This document shows, piece by piece, positions 28,017 through 36,611 of a stretch of 64,000 nt of DNA. Positions within the stretch are counted from its first letter, which is position 1. Each line of letters opens with the position of its first letter. The position numbers and the translations under genes were made by a program. Source of the stretch: Candidatus Omnitrophota bacterium (lineage in GTDB: Bacteria; Omnitrophota; Omnitrophia; Omnitrophales; Aquincolibacteriaceae); NCBI GenBank assembly GCA_043803685.1, contig JAZDJU010000037.1, positions 96,001-160,000 of the forward strand, given 5' to 3'. The notes beneath the pieces are model-generated. The model saw only the letters and a program-made list of their open reading frames with translations, did no database searches and was not told where the DNA came from.

Positions 28017-29198
28017 CTAGTATTCGTTGTCGAAACTGTAACCATATTCAGAGGTAAGATACCCCTTCGCTTCATCTTCCGGAACCCCGACAAAATACTG
28101 CTCATCGGCCTCCAACTGCAGATAAAGGTCATCATCGTCCTGGACGAGATCCCCAAATTCCGCTTTCAGATCGACCCAGATCTCACCACCCGCCAGCTTG
28201 GTATTATACTCCTGGTCCTCGGAATAAGAGTTCCTTATCCCTCCTCCCGGGATCGGCATGCCAATGACCGGTTCATCTTGCGTGTGCAGATAGAAATAAT
28301 CCGCGTAATCCTTCCACCAAACCGCGTGCAGGGCCTCGTGACCCAGGATCGCCGCGGCCGCGTACTTGTTCCCTTTGTAAGTGTCCAGAAGATAGATCGC
28401 GCTGGTTCCATCGTCGTAAGACTCGTGACAACCAAGCGCCGTTTCGCATCCGACGGGCATGCCTCCCGCGGCAACGAAGGTGACCGGGATTTCATTGTCC
28501 TCAATAAACTGCGCCAGAGCTTTTCCAGTGGTCGCCCCGTCCGAAGTCAACGCCGCCTCTGATAATTGCAACATATCAATGACCGCTTGTTCATCCTCTG
28601 CATATCCCGTAAAGGCCGCTTTGCTGGCACTATCCTGAACGGCCGTAACGTCCGATGCCACCACCCTACCCCCGCCACCGCCACCGCTACTTCCGCTACT
28701 CCCCCCAGAACCACTGCCGGAGCCACCGCCAGAACCGCCGCCTCCCGAACCACCTCCTCCTCCGCCGCCACCACCGCCGGAACCACTGCCTCCTGAACCA
28801 TCACTATAACCGGATCCCACAAAACCGTCTTTATTGATCGCGAGATTCTCGAGCCAATTTTCCAGAAACCCAAGCGGGGTCGCGACCGCGAGAAAATTAT
28901 CCTCGCCCTCTTCAAGGATCTTGTAGCTATAAAATAATCCCTTGATCGAAAGACCGAGTACGGATTCGATCTCTGCCACATCTTCCGCCGCAACAAATTT
29001 TCCGGTCAAATTATGGCGAAGCACTTCGGCGGAACGAATGGCTCCGAGATTGGTGACCGCTTCAGCTTCTTTGGATTTTTCGAACTTTGTGAGAATGCGT
29101 GGAGTCACGATGGCGGCAAGCGACGCGATGATCGTGATCGCAATCAAGGCTTCAAGGAGCGTAAATCCTCGGGATTTATTGAGGGGCCGTTTTGTCAT
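28017..29198 (-). CDS. Type IV pilin-like protein fused through a Gly/Ser linker to an HExxH metallopeptidase-like domain
   Basis: Class III signal KSRG|FTLLE; about 45-aa poly-Gly/Ser linker; ILGHEALH; start MTKRPL at 29198. Confidence 0.8.
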   Translation of the reverse strand: MTKRPLNKSRGFTLLEALIAITIIASLAAIVTPRILTKFEKSKEAEAVTNLGAIRSAEVLRHNLTGKFVAAEDVAEIESVLGLSIKGLFYSYKILEEGEDNFLAVATPLGFLENWLENLAINKDGFVGSGYSDGSGGSGSGGGGGGGGGGSGGGGSGGGSGSGSGGSSGSSGGGGGGRVVASDVTAVQDSASKAAFTGYAEDEQAVIDMLQLSEAALTSDGATTGKALAQFIEDNEIPVTFVAAGGMPVGCETALGCHESYDDGTSAIYLLDTYKGNKYAAAAILGHEALHAVWWKDYADYFYLHTQDEPVIGMPIPGGGIRNSYSEDQEYNTKLAGGEIWVDLKAEFGDLVQDDDDLYLQLEADEQYFVGVPEDEAKGYLTSEYGYSFDNEY

Positions 29199-30543
29199 TC
29201 TGGTTCCCTTGCATTTCATTCTCCAACAACTTTTTATTGCGGAGCGCCGGCTCAAGTTTGGGATCCAACTCAAGTGCGCGGTTCCATTCCATTAAGGCGT
29301 TATCGGCATCGTTCATCAAAGCATAAGCCAACCCGGCATTCGTGTGCGTTTTCGCGTCCAGGTCGTTGCGGGCAAGGATCTTCCGGAACACCTCCAGAGC
29401 GGTCTTCGGTTGGTCCATCTTCAGGTAAACCATTCCAAGACTGCTGAGAACAGCCGGATCGTCGGGTTTTTTTTCCGCCAATCGTCCGTACTGGGTGATC
29501 GCTTTCTGGAATTCCCCTCGCTCGGTAAAGACCTTTGCCAGGCCCTGCATCGCCCCTACAGACGCGGGATCCTTCGCTAGGGCTTCATTAAAAACCGCCT
29601 CGGCCTTGTCAAGCTCCTTCACATCAAGGTAGAGTCTCCCAAGACCGATCTTCACATTCGCAACATCAGGATCGCTCCTCAAAGCTTTCTCGTATAAATT
29701 TTCGGCACCGCTAAAGTCCTTTCTTAAGCGCGAGATCTCCGCCATGAGAAGATAGGCCCGCGGGACCGGGAAAGGCTTTTCGAGCAGGCCTGCGAGAAGC
29801 GCGGAAGCCCGATCGATCTCGCCGGCCTGGACATAAGCGGCAGCCGCATTGGAAACAGCGACGTCATCGTTCCTCTTGCCAAGCTCCTCAAAAATTTCCC
29901 CGGCACCGGAATAATCCCCTAGCATATAAAGACAATACGCCAAACTTCTTTTCGCTTTAAAATCATCCGGTTTCAGGGTCATTACTTTTTGATAATAGAC
30001 CGATGCTTCCCTGTAGTTCTTCAAACCCTCATAAAAATGCGCGAGATTCAAAAGAATATCGGGCTTGTTGGGATTTCCCTCGAGCGCTCTGAGAAAATTC
30101 TCCTCAGCCTTCTTGGCATCCCCCAGAGAAGCGTAAACACTCCCCAGATTGGCATAGATGATGGGATTGATGGCGCTAGGCCCCAGAGCGCTCTCAAAAG
30201 CACCCGCGGCGTCCTCGAACTGGCCGTTCCCGTAAAGCTTGACCCCCTTGGAAAAAGAGGCCTGCTTCCCCTGGGCTACAGCAAGCTCCTCGGGCGACCC
30301 GCGCCAGATCATCCGGATATCGCTCTTGGGGATCTTCACCTTGCCGCCCGGTGCCTGGACGGTTACGAACCGCTCATCTTCTTTAAGGATCGTCGTCTCA
30401 ATCGCGTTGCCATTCTTGAGCTGAATGATCTCGGCGCGCAGGAAAATCGGAAGAAAAAATAAAGCGGGGAAAAGAAATAAAACGAGGAGAAAAATCAACT
30501 TTGCCGTCTTCCGTTCCAAATTCAAAGCCTCCATCAGGGGCAT
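29176..30543 (-). CDS. Exported TPR-repeat protein
   Basis: Signal/TM segment, small IQLKNG beta domain, roughly ten TPR motifs; overlaps the pilin start. Confidence 0.85.
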   Translation of the reverse strand: MPLMEALNLERKTAKLIFLLVLFLFPALFFLPIFLRAEIIQLKNGNAIETTILKEDERFVTVQAPGGKVKIPKSDIRMIWRGSPEELAVAQGKQASFSKGVKLYGNGQFEDAAGAFESALGPSAINPIIYANLGSVYASLGDAKKAEENFLRALEGNPNKPDILLNLAHFYEGLKNYREASVYYQKVMTLKPDDFKAKRSLAYCLYMLGDYSGAGEIFEELGKRNDDVAVSNAAAAYVQAGEIDRASALLAGLLEKPFPVPRAYLLMAEISRLRKDFSGAENLYEKALRSDPDVANVKIGLGRLYLDVKELDKAEAVFNEALAKDPASVGAMQGLAKVFTERGEFQKAITQYGRLAEKKPDDPAVLSSLGMVYLKMDQPKTALEVFRKILARNDLDAKTHTNAGLAYALMNDADNALMEWNRALELDPKLEPALRNKKLLENEMQGNQNDKTAPQ

Positions 30544-30651
30544 TTCATTTCGAAAGAATCGCCGCGCTTACTCAGATCGAAAATATGGCGGCGATCATCG
30601 TACGAGACCTTCCTTGGGTCTCGACGATGTCGTCGTTTTTCACAAGAAAAA

Positions 30652-30738
30652 CGGAGAGGATAGGATTCGAACCTATGAGGCCCTTGCGAGCCTAACGGTT
30701 TTCGAGACCGCCGCATTCGACCACTCTGCCACCTCTCC
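30652..30738 (-). tRNA. tRNA-Ser (CGA)
   Basis: GGAGAGGTGGCAGAGTGGTCGAATGCGGCGGTCTCGAAAACCGT...GGTTCGAATCCTATCCTCTCCG with a long variable arm. Confidence 0.95.
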
Positions 30739-30850
30739 ATCAAAAAATGCATCGGAAAGGTGTGCTGCCCCAATTTCTGCTCGGCAGAAATTATTATGCA
30801 TTGGGACTGCCACCTCTCCCCATAGAGTCATCCGACGCCCAGGAAATCGG

Positions 30851-30879
30851 AGTCTATTGTTTTCCGCGTCTCAGGTCAA
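30851..30879 (-). promoter_or_regulatory. Putative sigma70 promoter for tRNA-Ser
   Basis: TTGACC-17nt-TAGACT on the minus strand. Confidence 0.5.
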
Positions 30880-30899
30880 GGCGAGAGAGGGTTCGAACT

Positions 30900-32405
30900 T
30901 TATAGATGCTTGAGACCCTTGAGAGCAGACATGTTCTTTGGATTGACCCTCAGGGATTGATCAAAAAATGATCGCGCTCTTGCCCTGTTCTTTCTATATA
31001 ATTCCAACCAGCCCATTTGGGCAAGAGCTTCATCATTTTTCGGATTGAACCGTATCGCATGCGACAATAACCCCTCAGCATCAACAAATCTCCCCTGTCT
31101 GGAATAAATAGCCGCAAGGCTAACAACGGCCTTCTGATCGCGGGGATTTAACAGCAATTCTTTTTTATATTGATCAACCTTCAAAGCGCTCAAGAATGCC
31201 CTGACCTTCGGATTGTCAGGTTTCAAATCTAGCGTCTTTTGAAAATATTCCTGGGCCTTGGACGAATTCCCCTGCTTGAAATGGAGCTCCCCAAGCGCGG
31301 CGCAAGCGTGGTCGTTTTTAGGATCCAATTCGAACGTCTTCTGGAAATACGCCTGAGCCTTCGACAAATTCCCCTGCTTCAAATAGAGATCCCCAAGCGC
31401 GGTGCTAGCATGATCGTTTTTAGGATTCAATTCGAGAGACTTCTGGAAATACTCCTCGGCCTTCGACGAATCCCCCTGCTTCAAATAGAGATCCCCAAGC
31501 ACGGCGCTAGCATGATCGTTTTTAGGATTCAATTTGAACGTCTTCTGATAATATTCCTGAGCCTTCGACAGATCCCCCTGCTTCAAATAGAGATTCGCAA
31601 GCGCAACGCAAGCATTATAGTTTTCCGGATTCAACTCGAACGCCTTCTGAAAATATTCCTGAGCCTTGGGCGAATCCCCCTGCCGCGAATAGAGATCCCC
31701 AAGCACGCTGCAAGCCCTATCATTCTGAGGATTCACATCTAAGGCCTTCGTTAAATATTCCCGAGCCCTGGACAAATCTCCTTGCTGAAAAAAGAAAGCC
31801 CCGAGCACAAGGCAAACGTAGTCATCGTTAGGATTCAAATCAACAGCCTTCTGAAAATATTCCTGGGCCTTGGACGAATCTCCTCGCCGCGAATAGAGAT
31901 TCGCAAGCGCAACGCAAGCATTAGCGTTTTTGGGATTCAACTCGAACGCCTTCTGAAAATATTCCTGAGCCTTGGACGAATCCCTCCCGAAATAGAGATC
32001 CCCAAGCACAACGCAAACCTTATCGTTTTTAGGATTCAACTCGAGAGCCTTCTGGAAATACGCCTGAGCCTTGGACGAATCCCCCCGCCCCAAATAGAGT
32101 TCCCCAAGTACAAAAAAAGCAGCATCATTTCGGGGGGACAATTCGACTGCTTTCAAAAAAGCTTCTTCGGCCTGTTGGAATTTATTCGCCTCCTTATAAA
32201 ATATCCCGAGATCGACGTAGCCTTTCCCGTTAGCGGGATCCTTGTCTATGCTCTTTTTAATTTCGCTCTCCATCAGATCATAGTCCGCTTGGGCATAGAG
32301 GGGCACGAAAGCAACCGCAAAAAAAACAACCATCATTGCCAGAAACGCAACTCTCCCGCAGGACAATACCTCGCTAACCTTTAAACGTAATAGGATGTTC
32401 TTCAT
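30900..32405 (-). CDS. Exported TPR protein with near-identical tandem 34-aa repeats
   Basis: Repeated LGDLYLKQGDSSKAQEYFQKAFELNPKND units; N-terminal signal. Confidence 0.9.
   Translation of the reverse strand: MKNILLRLKVSEVLSCGRVAFLAMMVVFFAVAFVPLYAQADYDLMESEIKKSIDKDPANGKGYVDLGIFYKEANKFQQAEEAFLKAVELSPRNDAAFFVLGELYLGRGDSSKAQAYFQKALELNPKNDKVCVVLGDLYFGRDSSKAQEYFQKAFELNPKNANACVALANLYSRRGDSSKAQEYFQKAVDLNPNDDYVCLVLGAFFFQQGDLSRAREYLTKALDVNPQNDRACSVLGDLYSRQGDSPKAQEYFQKAFELNPENYNACVALANLYLKQGDLSKAQEYYQKTFKLNPKNDHASAVLGDLYLKQGDSSKAEEYFQKSLELNPKNDHASTALGDLYLKQGNLSKAQAYFQKTFELDPKNDHACAALGELHFKQGNSSKAQEYFQKTLDLKPDNPKVRAFLSALKVDQYKKELLLNPRDQKAVVSLAAIYSRQGRFVDAEGLLSHAIRFNPKNDEALAQMGWLELYRKNRARARSFFDQSLRVNPKNMSALKGLKHL
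31205..32140 (-). repeat. About nine tandem 102-bp TPR-coding repeats
   Basis: Recurring ttttaggattcaa...ctgaaaatattcctgagccttggacgaatccccc at 102-nt spacing (one unit is 99 nt). Confidence 0.85.
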
Positions 32406-32584
32406 AGCCTCGGGTCTTCCTTAATTAGGTGAGCCCCCACTCCAGCACATCATGAACTCGCTCATCGCACGGACTTTTCTACGACTCCTTAATGGATTCC
32501 ATGGTTTTTTCCTCTACGAGGAAACCCGTTAGCTCGTAAAAATGCACCCTAAGTCCTCAAGAGAGGCCTTCGGGCTCAGAACGA

Positions 32585-33631
32585 TCATTGACGGAAAATT
32601 TCGGCAAGGATATCTTCCGTATTCCGGGTAATGGCCCATCCGGGATAGTGACGGGAGAACTTGGACACATCGCTAACCCACCAAATATGATCTCCGACCC
32701 TGTTTTTTTCAATATAGGTCGTCTTCATTTTCCGTCCCGAGATCTTCTCACACAGCTGGATGGATTCCATCATGGAACAGTGGCTAAAACGGCTTCCGCC
32801 CATATTGTAAACCTCGCCACATCGTGGGTTCTGGTAGAAATGATAAAAGCCGTTCACGAGATCATGGCTATGGATGTTGTCCCTGACCTGTTTGCCTTTG
32901 TAACCGAAGATCTGGTACTCCCGGCCCAGCACCGCGCATTTCATGAGATACGCAAGGTATCCGTGCAATTCCGCCGCGGCATGGCGAGGACCGGTCAGGC
33001 ACCCGCACCGGAAACAACCGGTTTTGATCCCGAAATAGCGTCCGTATTCCTGGACCATAATATCCGCGGCAACCTTCGAAGCGCCGAAGACCGAATGCGT
33101 GCATTGATCGAGAGACAGGCTTTCATCGATCCCGTTCTTGAAGTAAGGGTGCCCGGGATCGAGCTCCCACCGTGTTTCCAGTTCTCGGAGAGGAAGACGG
33201 TTGGGATGATCTCCGTAGACTTTGTTGGTCGAGACAAAAATAAAAACGGCCTGGGGGCAGTGCTCACGCGTCGCTTCCAGAAGATTCATCGTGCCCACGG
33301 CATTAATCGCAAAATCCGTCTGCGGCTCCCGGGCGGCCCAGTCGTGGCTCGGCTGCGCCGCGCTATGGATCACCAGATCAACGTCCCGGCCATACTCCGC
33401 AAAAAGGCGGGAAACGGCTCCGACATCACGAATATCGATCTCATAGTTCCTGAAATGAGCGCATTCGTCCTCAAGTTCCCTGAGGCTCCCTCGAGTAGAA
33501 CCTTCTTCTCCGAAAAAATATTTCCGCATGTCATTGTCGATCCCGATAACACGGAACCCTTTCGCGTGAAAGAACCGCACCGATTCGGAACCGATAAGAC
33601 CGGCCGCTCCTGTGATCAATACGCTTTTCAT
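32585..33631 (-). CDS. NAD-dependent epimerase/dehydratase, CDP-paratose 2-epimerase (RfbE)-like
   Basis: [36 protein letters not shown]; start MKSVLI at 33631. Confidence 0.85.
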   Translation of the reverse strand: MKSVLITGAAGLIGSESVRFFHAKGFRVIGIDNDMRKYFFGEEGSTRGSLRELEDECAHFRNYEIDIRDVGAVSRLFAEYGRDVDLVIHSAAQPSHDWAAREPQTDFAINAVGTMNLLEATREHCPQAVFIFVSTNKVYGDHPNRLPLRELETRWELDPGHPYFKNGIDESLSLDQCTHSVFGASKVAADIMVQEYGRYFGIKTGCFRCGCLTGPRHAAAELHGYLAYLMKCAVLGREYQIFGYKGKQVRDNIHSHDLVNGFYHFYQNPRCGEVYNMGGSRFSHCSMMESIQLCEKISGRKMKTTYIEKNRVGDHIWWVSDVSKFSRHYPGWAITRNTEDILAEIFRQ

Positions 33632-33755
33632 TGATATTTCCTTTCGAACATATAATTTCGAAAATGTTTTCTTACTATCCACCGTCGCAATTATAACAAA
33701 GAAAGCATCTCTGCGTGCTTTGGAAATAAAGGAACAAGGGCCCAAAGCTCTTGGG

Positions 33756-34592
33756 TCAGGGTCGCGTCCAAAAATATTTATTGGAGACCGCAAGATAAAA
33801 GCATCGCACAAGCTCGTAAGGGAGGAACAGAGCGTAGACCCGGATCTTCCCCAAGAGATCTTCGTTCTTTTGGATCATCCAATGACGGTTGCGAAAACAC
33901 AAATATTGCCGGAATTTCCCTCCTGTATCGGAGCTGTTGCCGGCATGACAACACGTCATGTCCGGACAGAATTGGGCTTGCCATCCCGCCCGACTCGCCC
34001 TCCAGGCAAGGTCCACATCCTCAACAAGAAAGAAAAAACGTTCGTCAAAATAGCCTGTTTTTTCCCGGATCGCGTTGAGCATGGCCCTTCGATAAAAAGC
34101 AGCCGCGGAACAAGGACCGATGATCTTTTTTCCCGCAAGCCCGGGTCCATCCTTGGGTTTTCCTTGATTCAGATCATGGAACCTGCGACAGGCCGACAAA
34201 TGGATCCCTTGGGAATAGACCGTTTTGCCATCCGCGCTCAGAACATTCGGCTGGATCATCCCGACATCCTCGGAAAATCCTTTCCGTATTCGCTCGAACT
34301 CCGCAAGAAAACCGTCTCCAAGCACCACGTCATTGTCCAGGGCCAGAACCCAATCCCCTGAAGAACCTTCAATCCCCTGATTCCTGGCCTTGCTAGCGCC
34401 GAAATTCTTCGGGTTTTCGATCAAGTTCACGCCGGGAAAGTGCGTCTTGATGATCTCGCGCGTTTGATCCCGGGAATCGTTGTCGACCACCACGATCTCG
34501 ATGTCCCGAGCGTCTTGGCGCATTATAGAATCCAGGCATGCCCGGATAGAAGCTTGGCTGTTGAAGGTGATCACTACGATGGAGAGTCGCAT
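33756..34592 (-). CDS. Glycosyltransferase family 2
   Basis: [32 protein letters not shown]. Confidence 0.9.
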   Translation of the reverse strand: MRLSIVVITFNSQASIRACLDSIMRQDARDIEIVVVDNDSRDQTREIIKTHFPGVNLIENPKNFGASKARNQGIEGSSGDWVLALDNDVVLGDGFLAEFERIRKGFSEDVGMIQPNVLSADGKTVYSQGIHLSACRRFHDLNQGKPKDGPGLAGKKIIGPCSAAAFYRRAMLNAIREKTGYFDERFFFLVEDVDLAWRASRAGWQAQFCPDMTCCHAGNSSDTGGKFRQYLCFRNRHWMIQKNEDLLGKIRVYALFLPYELVRCFYLAVSNKYFWTRP

Positions 34593-35947
34593 TGGCCGGC
34601 GAAAACTCTATGAAGGTTCACTTTGATGTTTTCCAGATCCTCGGCGCTGAGGTCCTGGGTCCTCACAATACATTTTCTGTTGCCGTCATAGTCCTCCCAG
34701 TTGTCGGAAACCAACCATCCCTTTTCCACGGCATCGTTAAAATAGACCGTTCCGGGAAATGGCACGGCAAATGAAAACTGAACCGAGTCAGGCTCCACCG
34801 ATCGCGCAAAATCAATCGTACTCTGGATCGTCTGTCTTGTTTCTCCTGGAAGACCAACGCAGAACGTCAAATGAACTTTAATCCCCAGGCGTTTGGAGAT
34901 CCCGATCATGGAACGGGCTTTCTCTAGATCCAGATTCTTCCCGCACGACCGTCGGACCTCTTCATCCGCTGATTCGATGCCATACTTGACGGCGTAGACA
35001 CCCGCGCGGGACATAAGCTCCAACAGCGCTTCATCCATCCTATCCGCGCGGGTCATCGCTCCCCAAGGAACATTCAATTTTCGTCTGAGGATCTCCTCGC
35101 AAATATTGACAACGTGCTCGCGGTCCCCATTGAAAGTTTCGTCATCAAAATAGACCGATTTAAAATTAAAATGCCGGATCAGGTGCTCCATTTCATCAAC
35201 GACGTCCAAAAAATTCCGTTTCCTGTACCCGCTCCCTTTATAGAGCGTCTGAGGAAGAAGGCAAAAGGAACATCGAAACAAACAGCCGCGACTGGCCAGC
35301 ATCTGAACGCTCGGGCCTGGCAGTCCTGCGAAACCATCGTTGTACTTATAGATGAGAGGCGCCGTTCTCTTGGGCCATGGCAAAACATCCAGATCATTAA
35401 TGCACCCCCGGCGATCGCTCACAAAGATCTGCTCCCCTGCGCGATAAGCCAATCCGGCTACATCGTCCAGTCCATGGCCTCGCTCAAGAGCCTCCACCAA
35501 CTCGACCGCCGAACGTTCATACTCTCCGATGATCACATAATCGATGGTAGGGTGTTCCGTTAAGATCTTTGCCGCAAACTCACCGGCATGCGCCCCGCAC
35601 AACCCGATATGGACATTCTTCATCGCTTGCCGAAGTGCCGCAATGATCCTTATATCATTTTTGAATGACGGCGCAGAGGTCTCGATCAGAACAAGCCCCG
35701 GATCGAACTCCCGGATCCTTTCAAGACAAAGAGGCTCGCTGATCTGCTCAGCGATCGCATCGATCAGTTTTACGGATTTCCCTTCTTTTTCTAATAAGGC
35801 GGCGGTATAAGCGAGAAAAAACGGAAAGGGGATATAGAGAAGACGCCCGTCTACCGCAGGCTTCGAAGTGAACGGCCAACGGGATCCAGCCCTGACCCCC
35901 AAACGTCCATCCTTAAACCATGGAAGATTTACGAGGGCCGTCTTCAT
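34574..35947 (-). CDS. B12-binding radical SAM protein (HpnJ-like N-terminus)
   Basis: GVRAGSRWP, GEYE, SRGCLFRCSFC, FDDETF, GLPGET; start MKTALV at 35947. Confidence 0.88.
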   Translation of the reverse strand: MKTALVNLPWFKDGRLGVRAGSRWPFTSKPAVDGRLLYIPFPFFLAYTAALLEKEGKSVKLIDAIAEQISEPLCLERIREFDPGLVLIETSAPSFKNDIRIIAALRQAMKNVHIGLCGAHAGEFAAKILTEHPTIDYVIIGEYERSAVELVEALERGHGLDDVAGLAYRAGEQIFVSDRRGCINDLDVLPWPKRTAPLIYKYNDGFAGLPGPSVQMLASRGCLFRCSFCLLPQTLYKGSGYRKRNFLDVVDEMEHLIRHFNFKSVYFDDETFNGDREHVVNICEEILRRKLNVPWGAMTRADRMDEALLELMSRAGVYAVKYGIESADEEVRRSCGKNLDLEKARSMIGISKRLGIKVHLTFCVGLPGETRQTIQSTIDFARSVEPDSVQFSFAVPFPGTVYFNDAVEKGWLVSDNWEDYDGNRKCIVRTQDLSAEDLENIKVNLHRVFAGQCDSPS

Positions 35948-35948
35948 C

Positions 35949-36611
35949 TTACTTGTTGAGATCGAGATGATTCTGAATTCGCTCGAAGAACTCCTTGATC
36001 TGATGAATACCCTGACTGATGTCCTTGGAATCACAGCTGATCTGTTCCGACGCTTGATAGATACTCTCGAACTGGTCCGGCGGAACCAGCTTAAGTTTGA
36101 TCTCTTCCAACTGATCAAGCAGAACAAGTCTTTGCCTGATCTCTCCCAGCTGATCGAGCGGAACAAGCTTTTGTTTGATCTCTTCCAACCGATCAAGCGG
36201 AACAAGCTTTTGTTTGATCTCTTCCAACCGATCAAGCGCTACGAGCTTTTGCTTGATCTCTTCCAACCGATCGAGCGCCACGAGCCTTTGCTTGATCTCT
36301 TCCAACCGATCGAGCGCTACGAGCTTTTGCTTGATCTCTGCTAACCGATCGAGCTGAACAAGTTTTTGATTGACCTCCTCCATTTTTTGACCCTGATCAA
36401 ACATCATTTGCGCGAGATTGCCAAAAACCCTGATAACAACCGCGCAAAGAGAGCTTCCCACCATGATGAGGAAGCCGCTCACGAGCGACTCATGCCCGTT
36501 CGCCTTAAAAAAGATCCAATACGCGCCGACGAGAACGCCCAGTGCGGCAATCGCCCATGCATAAAGGCCCAAAACAAATACCGTAGGAATTTTTTTAGTT
36601 TTCATCGACAT
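35949..36611 (-). CDS. Two-TM membrane protein with a 13-aa tandem-repeat coiled coil
   Basis: Two hydrophobic helices then (LVALDRLEEIKQK) x about 7.5. Confidence 0.8.
   Translation of the reverse strand: MSMKTKKIPTVFVLGLYAWAIAALGVLVGAYWIFFKANGHESLVSGFLIMVGSSLCAVVIRVFGNLAQMMFDQGQKMEEVNQKLVQLDRLAEIKQKLVALDRLEEIKQRLVALDRLEEIKQKLVALDRLEEIKQKLVPLDRLEEIKQKLVPLDQLGEIRQRLVLLDQLEEIKLKLVPPDQFESIYQASEQISCDSKDISQGIHQIKEFFERIQNHLDLNK
36070..36380 (-). repeat. 39-bp coding VNTR, about 7-8 units
   Basis: ttgatctcttccaaccgatcgagcg... recurs every 39 nt. Confidence 0.88.

Noticed and set aside
31205..32140. Regularly spaced repeats as a possible CRISPR array
   Set aside because: 102-nt in-frame TPR units with no unique spacers and no cas genes
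36070..36380. 39-bp repeats as a CRISPR array or RiPP precursor cassette
   Set aside because: Contiguous in-frame units in a TM protein; no spacers and no leader/core layout
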